In this document: positions 27,667 through 32,000 of the stretch, piece after piece
Layout: the number at the start of each line of letters is the position of its first letter
Position numbering within the stretch: position 1 is the stretch's first letter
NCBI RefSeq assembly: GCF_000196355.1
Contig: NC_007614.1
Coordinates: forward strand, 2,820,001-2,852,000
DNA: 32,000 bases
Origin: Nitrosospira multiformis ATCC 25196
Lineage (GTDB): Bacteria > Pseudomonadota > Gammaproteobacteria > Burkholderiales > Nitrosomonadaceae
Direction of reading: 5' to 3'
Translations under genes and position numbers: made by a program
The notes under the pieces: model-generated
Database searches by the model: none
What the model was told of the DNA's origin: nothing
Seen by the model: the letters and a program-made list of their open reading frames with translations, nothing else

Positions 27667-29148
27667 TCAGGAACCCTGTAACAAAAGCACTGCGGGTTCC
27701 CTGTTTTCTTTCGGGCTGACGAGCAGACGCGCTTCAACCTGCGAATCCCGGGAAAGGGTGGGGGCCACTCCTCCCACCGATCCTGCTCCCATTACCAGCA
27801 CCACATCCTTATCCCTGGCGATACTGTGAATCGCCTCCTCCAGTTCGTCCACCCGCTCGACAAAGATGGGTTCCACCTTGCCGAGCACGCGCAGCGACCG
27901 CGCGAGCGATTTACTGTCTGCGGCAATTATAGGCGCTTCGCCAGCGGAATAAACTTCCGTCAGGAGCAGTACATCGGCAGTGGATAGAACTTTGACGAAA
28001 TCTTCGAACAGGTCGCGCGTACGCGTATAACGGTGCGGCTGAAACGCCAGTACCAGGCGGCGTCCCGGAAATGCGCCGCGCGCTGCGGCGATTGTGGCTG
28101 CCATCTCCACGGGATGGTGGCCGTAGTCATCGATCAAGGTAAAACTTCCGTTTCTACCGGTTTCGGGATCAGTGAGGGGAATTTCGCCGTAACGCTGGAA
28201 TCTCCGGTCAACCCCCTTGAAATCCGCCAGAGCGCGGACAATGGAAACGTCCGGCAGTCCAACCTCATTGCACACGGCTATTGCTGCCAGCGCATTTTGC
28301 ACATTATGCAAGCCGGGCAGATTCAGCACGATTTTGAGTTTTCGAGTTTTGCCGTTAACCCCTATCAGGGCGGTAAAATGCATCTGACCTTCACTGTGAC
28401 GAATATCCGCGGCGCGCACCTGCGCCGTTTCCGATAACCCGTACGTGGTCACAGGCTTGGTAATAGCCGGCATGATCTCAAGTACGTGGGCATCATCCAC
28501 GCAAAGCACCGCCATACCGTAGAAGGGCAGATGCTGTACAAAATCCACGAACGCCTGCTTGAGCTTGCCGAAATCATGCTCGTAGGTATCCATGTGGTCG
28601 GCATCGATATTGGTGACCACCGCCAGGACGGGCTGCAGGTGAAGGAATGAAGCGTCGGATTCATCCGCCTCCACCACGATGAACTCGCCACGACCCAGCT
28701 TCGCGTGAGAACCGGCAGCCTCAAGCCGACCCCCGATAACGAATGTGGGATCCATGCCCGCTTCCGCGAGAACACTGGTGATCAGGCTGGTAGTGGTGGT
28801 TTTGCCATGCGTACCCGCGATGGCAATCCCCTGCCGCAACCTCAGGAGCTCGGCCAGCATGATAGCGCGTGGAACCACCGGCACTTTACTCTCCCGTGCC
28901 GCGAGAACCTCCGGATTATCGGGCAGAATCGCGGTCGAGGTGACGACTGCATCCGCCGATTCCACATGAGTGCGGGCGTGACCGATGTAAACCGTCGCGC
29001 CCAGTTTTTTCAGGCGCCGGGTGGTCACACTATCATGTATATCCGAGCCGCTGATCTTGTATCCCAGATTGAGCATTACTTCGGCGATTCCGCTCATGCC
29101 GGAGCCGCCTATGCCCACAAAATGAATATGCTTAACTTTGTGTTTCAT
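27667..29148 (-). CDS. murC: UDP-N-acetylmuramate--L-alanine ligase
   Basis: Starts [24 protein letters not shown] and has the Mur ligase P-loop [10 protein letters not shown]. The start is set at 29148 (493 aa; E. coli has 491). The longest ORF (to 29289) would overlap murG. Confidence 0.93.
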   Translation of the reverse strand: MKHKVKHIHFVGIGGSGMSGIAEVMLNLGYKISGSDIHDSVTTRRLKKLGATVYIGHARTHVESADAVVTSTAILPDNPEVLAARESKVPVVPRAIMLAELLRLRQGIAIAGTHGKTTTTSLITSVLAEAGMDPTFVIGGRLEAAGSHAKLGRGEFIVVEADESDASFLHLQPVLAVVTNIDADHMDTYEHDFGKLKQAFVDFVQHLPFYGMAVLCVDDAHVLEIMPAITKPVTTYGLSETAQVRAADIRHSEGQMHFTALIGVNGKTRKLKIVLNLPGLHNVQNALAAIAVCNEVGLPDVSIVRALADFKGVDRRFQRYGEIPLTDPETGRNGSFTLIDDYGHHPVEMAATIAAARGAFPGRRLVLAFQPHRYTRTRDLFEDFVKVLSTADVLLLTEVYSAGEAPIIAADSKSLARSLRVLGKVEPIFVERVDELEEAIHSIARDKDVVLVMGAGSVGGVAPTLSRDSQVEARLLVSPKENREPAVLLLQGS

Positions 29149-29210
29149 ACTTTCATTGTTTACACATAAAGTACGTGCAGTTGCTGTAAGACAAAGGCAA
29201 CATGACCACC

Positions 29211-30284
29211 TTAAACTGCAACCATTTGCATGCACGTCTCGGCCACGCACCGGGTAGCGTCGGGTTGCGCCAGTTCTCTCGCCCGGCATGCCATTTCCAT
29301 AAGTTGGCCCCTGCTCATACCCACCAGCAGCTCTGCCAGTCCTTCCGGAGTCAGTTGGCTCTGGGGTAGCAATATCGCAGCCCCTTTCCCGCTCAAAAAT
29401 TTTGCGTTCGTGCTCTGATGATCGTCCACGGCATAGGGAAAAGGCACCAGAATGCTGGCTACACCCGCTGCGGCCAACTCCGAGACGGTAAGTGCGCCCG
29501 CGCGGCAGATCACGAGATCACTCTCTCCATAGCGGGATGCCATATTGTCGATAAACGTAACCAGTTCACCCTCCACTCCCGCTTCGGAATAATTCTGCTT
29601 CAGCGCCTCCAGATGCCGGGCCCCCGCCTGATGCGTCACCTGCGGGCGCATTCCTTCAGGTATCCGCTTCAATGCCCGGGGTACGATGGTATTCAGGGCC
29701 TGAGCGCCCAGACTTCCCCCTACCACCAGCAGCTTGATGCTTCCGCTGCGACCCGCATACCTCTGTGCAGGCGGCGCGAGCCTGGTGATTTCGTCACGTA
29801 CGGGATTACCGCAAAACACCGCTTTTTTTTCACTTTTGATCGCGTCGGGAAATCCCAGCAATACCCTGTCGGCGAGTCTCGAGAGGATTCTGTTGGCAAG
29901 TCCCGGAATGGAGTTTTGTTCGTGTATCAGCAACGGCCGCGCAAGCAGCGAGGCCATCATTCCCCCCGGAAAGGCGGGATACCCGCCCATACCCAACACC
30001 ACGTCCGGCCGAACCTTCCGTATTACTCTTGCACTTTGCCAGAATGCCAGCAACAGACGCGCGGGCAGCAACAACCAGGTGCGAACGTTTTTCCCCCGCA
30101 ATCCGGAGAAACGAATCGTCTCCAGGGCATGCCCCTGCTGCCGCGCCAGCGTTGTTTCCATTCCCCCTTCTGTTCCAAGCCAGACTATACGCCACCCGGC
30201 CGCCTTCAAATACTCCGCCACGGCAAGACCGGGAAATACATGCCCGCCGGTTCCCCCCGCCATAATGAGAATCGTATGGCTCAA
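29211..30284 (-). CDS. murG: Undecaprenyldiphospho-muramoylpentapeptide beta-N-acetylglucosaminyltransferase
   Basis: Contains the [17 protein letters not shown] motif. I propose a TTG start at 30284, giving (M)[14 protein letters not shown] and 357 aa (E. coli has 355), with AGGAA about 8 nt upstream. Alternatives are the ATG at 30263 and the ATG at 30398, which overlaps ftsW by 95 nt. Confidence 0.9.
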   Translation of the reverse strand: MSHTILIMAGGTGGHVFPGLAVAEYLKAAGWRIVWLGTEGGMETTLARQQGHALETIRFSGLRGKNVRTWLLLPARLLLAFWQSARVIRKVRPDVVLGMGGYPAFPGGMMASLLARPLLIHEQNSIPGLANRILSRLADRVLLGFPDAIKSEKKAVFCGNPVRDEITRLAPPAQRYAGRSGSIKLLVVGGSLGAQALNTIVPRALKRIPEGMRPQVTHQAGARHLEALKQNYSEAGVEGELVTFIDNMASRYGESDLVICRAGALTVSELAAAGVASILVPFPYAVDDHQSTNAKFLSGKGAAILLPQSQLTPEGLAELLVGMSRGQLMEMACRARELAQPDATRCVAETCMQMVAV

Positions 30285-30303
30285 GACGCCATTCCTGAAT
30301 TTT

Positions 30304-31464
30304 TCATATCCGATAACCTCTCGCCAACTGCCGGTTTTCCCAATCCGCGCGCAGCAGCACCGCCAGCGAGAGACAGCTTGCAACGATGCTGCTGCCACCG
30401 AAACTCATCAACGGCAGCGTGAGTCCCTTCGGCGGGAGGACTCCCATATTCACGCCCACGTTGATGAATGTCTGCACTCCCAGCCATACACCGATACCCT
30501 GCGCCACGAGTGCGGGAAAATAACGTCCCCTGACTGCCGACTGGCGGCCAATGATGAATGCGCGCGCTATTATCCAGGCAAACAACGCCAGCACGATCAG
30601 GACACCGACGAAACCGAGTTCCTCTGCAATCACAGCCAGAAGAAAGTCGGTATGCGCCTCCGGCAGATAGAAAAGCTTTTCAACACTTCCGCCCAGGCCC
30701 ACACCCAGCCATTCACCCCGTCCGAATGCAATCAGCGCATGGCTCAACTGGTATCCTTTTCCGTAGGGGTCATCCCATGGATCCAGAAACCCGAAGAAAC
30801 GCTGCATGCGATAAGGGGCGTTCCAGACCAGGGCAAGAAGGCCAGCAATCAGGAAACCAATCAGCCCGGCGAATAGTTTCAGGTCCATTCCTCCCAGAAA
30901 CAATATGGCCATCATGACAGTGGTAATGACAACGAAGGCGCCAAAATCCGGCTCGAGCAGCAGGAGAGCCCCTACGATGAGCGTGATGATCAGCATGGGA
31001 AGAAAACCCTTGCGGAAACTTCCCAGAAAGGCGGATTTGCGCACCGTGTAATTGGCCACGTAGATGACCATGAACAATTTCATGAATTCCGACGGTTGAA
31101 GATTCACCACCAGCAAGGATATCCAGCGGCGGCTACCATTGATTTCGCGGCCCACGCCGGGAACCAGCACCAGGGCCAGCAGGCATCCCCCCAGCAGAAA
31201 CAGTTGGAAGGAATATTTCTGCCACGACTCCATGGGGACCTGGAACGCAACAACGGCCACCAGCAAACCTGCCGCGACATAGGCGGCGTGCCGGATGAGA
31301 AAATAGGTCGGGTAACCGCTGCCCTCGCCCTCGGCAATCGAAATCGAGGCGGAATAAACCATCACCAGCCCAAGGCTCAGCAGGAGTATTGCTGTCCAGA
31401 TCAGGGCCTGGTCGAAATCCGCAGGCAGAACTTTCTGCTTTCCGGTACCGTACTGATAAATCAT
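30304..31464 (-). CDS. ftsW: Peptidoglycan polymerase / lipid II flippase-family protein FtsW (SEDS)
   Basis: Ten-TM SEDS pattern ([34 protein letters not shown]). The start is ambiguous: the ATG at 31464 lies 4 nt after the murD stop, and the GTG at 31509 overlaps murD by 41 nt. Confidence 0.9.
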   Translation of the reverse strand: MIYQYGTGKQKVLPADFDQALIWTAILLLSLGLVMVYSASISIAEGEGSGYPTYFLIRHAAYVAAGLLVAVVAFQVPMESWQKYSFQLFLLGGCLLALVLVPGVGREINGSRRWISLLVVNLQPSEFMKLFMVIYVANYTVRKSAFLGSFRKGFLPMLIITLIVGALLLLEPDFGAFVVITTVMMAILFLGGMDLKLFAGLIGFLIAGLLALVWNAPYRMQRFFGFLDPWDDPYGKGYQLSHALIAFGRGEWLGVGLGGSVEKLFYLPEAHTDFLLAVIAEELGFVGVLIVLALFAWIIARAFIIGRQSAVRGRYFPALVAQGIGVWLGVQTFINVGVNMGVLPPKGLTLPLMSFGGSSIVASCLSLAVLLRADWENRQLARGYRI

Positions 31465-31468
31465 CTGA

Positions 31469-32000
31469 TCAATGTCGTCCTGCAACCCCAGCTGAATTAC
31501 CGCCTGCACGTGCGGCCTGCATGCTTCTTACCGCCGCAACGAACGCCTCCGCCCGATGCACATAGTTGTCGAACATATCGAAGCTTGCGCACGCGGGCGA
31601 CATCAGGACTGCATCGCCCTCCCGCGCCAGCTGAAAACTTTTCCGCACGGCCTCTTCCATCGTTTGAGCACGATGCAGAGGCACTCCGCACTCATTTATC
31701 GCCACTGCGATTTTTTCTGCATCCCGCCCGATGAGAACAACCGCGCGCCCATGCTCGCCTATCGGGGCAGCCAGGGGTGAAAAATTCTGCGCCTTCCCAT
31801 CTCCGCCGGCAATCAAAACCACGGGTTGCCCCAGACCTTTCAAAGCAGCCACCGTTGCACCCACATTAGTACCTTTTGAATCGTCGTAGAAGGTAATACC
31901 ACTGAAAGCCGCCACTTTTTCAACTCGATGGGGCAAGCCCCTGAATTCGCGGAGCGCCTGTAACAAAGGCTCGAACGGGACGGCCAGGGCGCGGCATAGC
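31469..32000 (-). CDS. murD: UDP-N-acetylmuramoylalanine--D-glutamate ligase (3' part; 5' end outside window)
   Basis: The reading frame stays open to the window edge. C-terminal Mur ligase domain: [40 protein letters not shown]. Confidence 0.9.
   Translation of the reverse strand, partial: LCRALAVPFEPLLQALREFRGLPHRVEKVAAFSGITFYDDSKGTNVGATVAALKGLGQPVVLIAGGDGKAQNFSPLAAPIGEHGRAVVLIGRDAEKIAVAINECGVPLHRAQTMEEAVRKSFQLAREGDAVLMSPACASFDMFDNYVHRAEAFVAAVRSMQAARAGGNSAGVAGRH

Overview
This looks like a core chromosomal window of a betaproteobacterium. A Nitrosomonadales-like ammonia oxidiser is a guess from gene order plus a P460-family cytochrome, not a database result. About 30 genes lie in two strand blocks.

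Plus block (1-17447): nrdA (5' end cut by the window edge) and nrdB, a small acidic ORF, fumC, a patatin-like lipase, a TerC-family membrane protein, a universal stress protein, an orphan type IV pilin, two uncharacterised membrane proteins (one on the minus strand), yqgE/algH-ruvX-pyrR-pyrB-pyrC'(inactive-type), prlC, and a lipoprotein of the cytochrome P460/c'-beta superfamily.

Minus block (17779-32000): secA, an M23 peptidase, a divergent DUF721/DciA-like gene on the plus strand, then the distal dcw cluster murD(partial)-ftsW-murG-murC-murB-ddl-ftsQ-ftsA-ftsZ.

I found no tRNA or rRNA, CRISPR array, transposase or integrase, long repeat, or recognisable defence or secondary-metabolite cluster. 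I cannot support a claim of a novel multi-gene system here.

The leads worth a second look are:
- the P460-family protein, which has Met where the heme cross-linking Lys should be;
- the orphan pilin, the 546-bp non-coding stretch after it, and the tail-to-tail pair of unknown membrane proteins;
- a strong intrinsic terminator only about 29 nt upstream of the secA start codon;
- the ftsZ-to-secA interval, which lacks lpxC and secM.

Several dcw and neighbouring starts were moved inward from the longest ORF, based on Shine-Dalgarno (SD) motifs and the known N-termini of these families.
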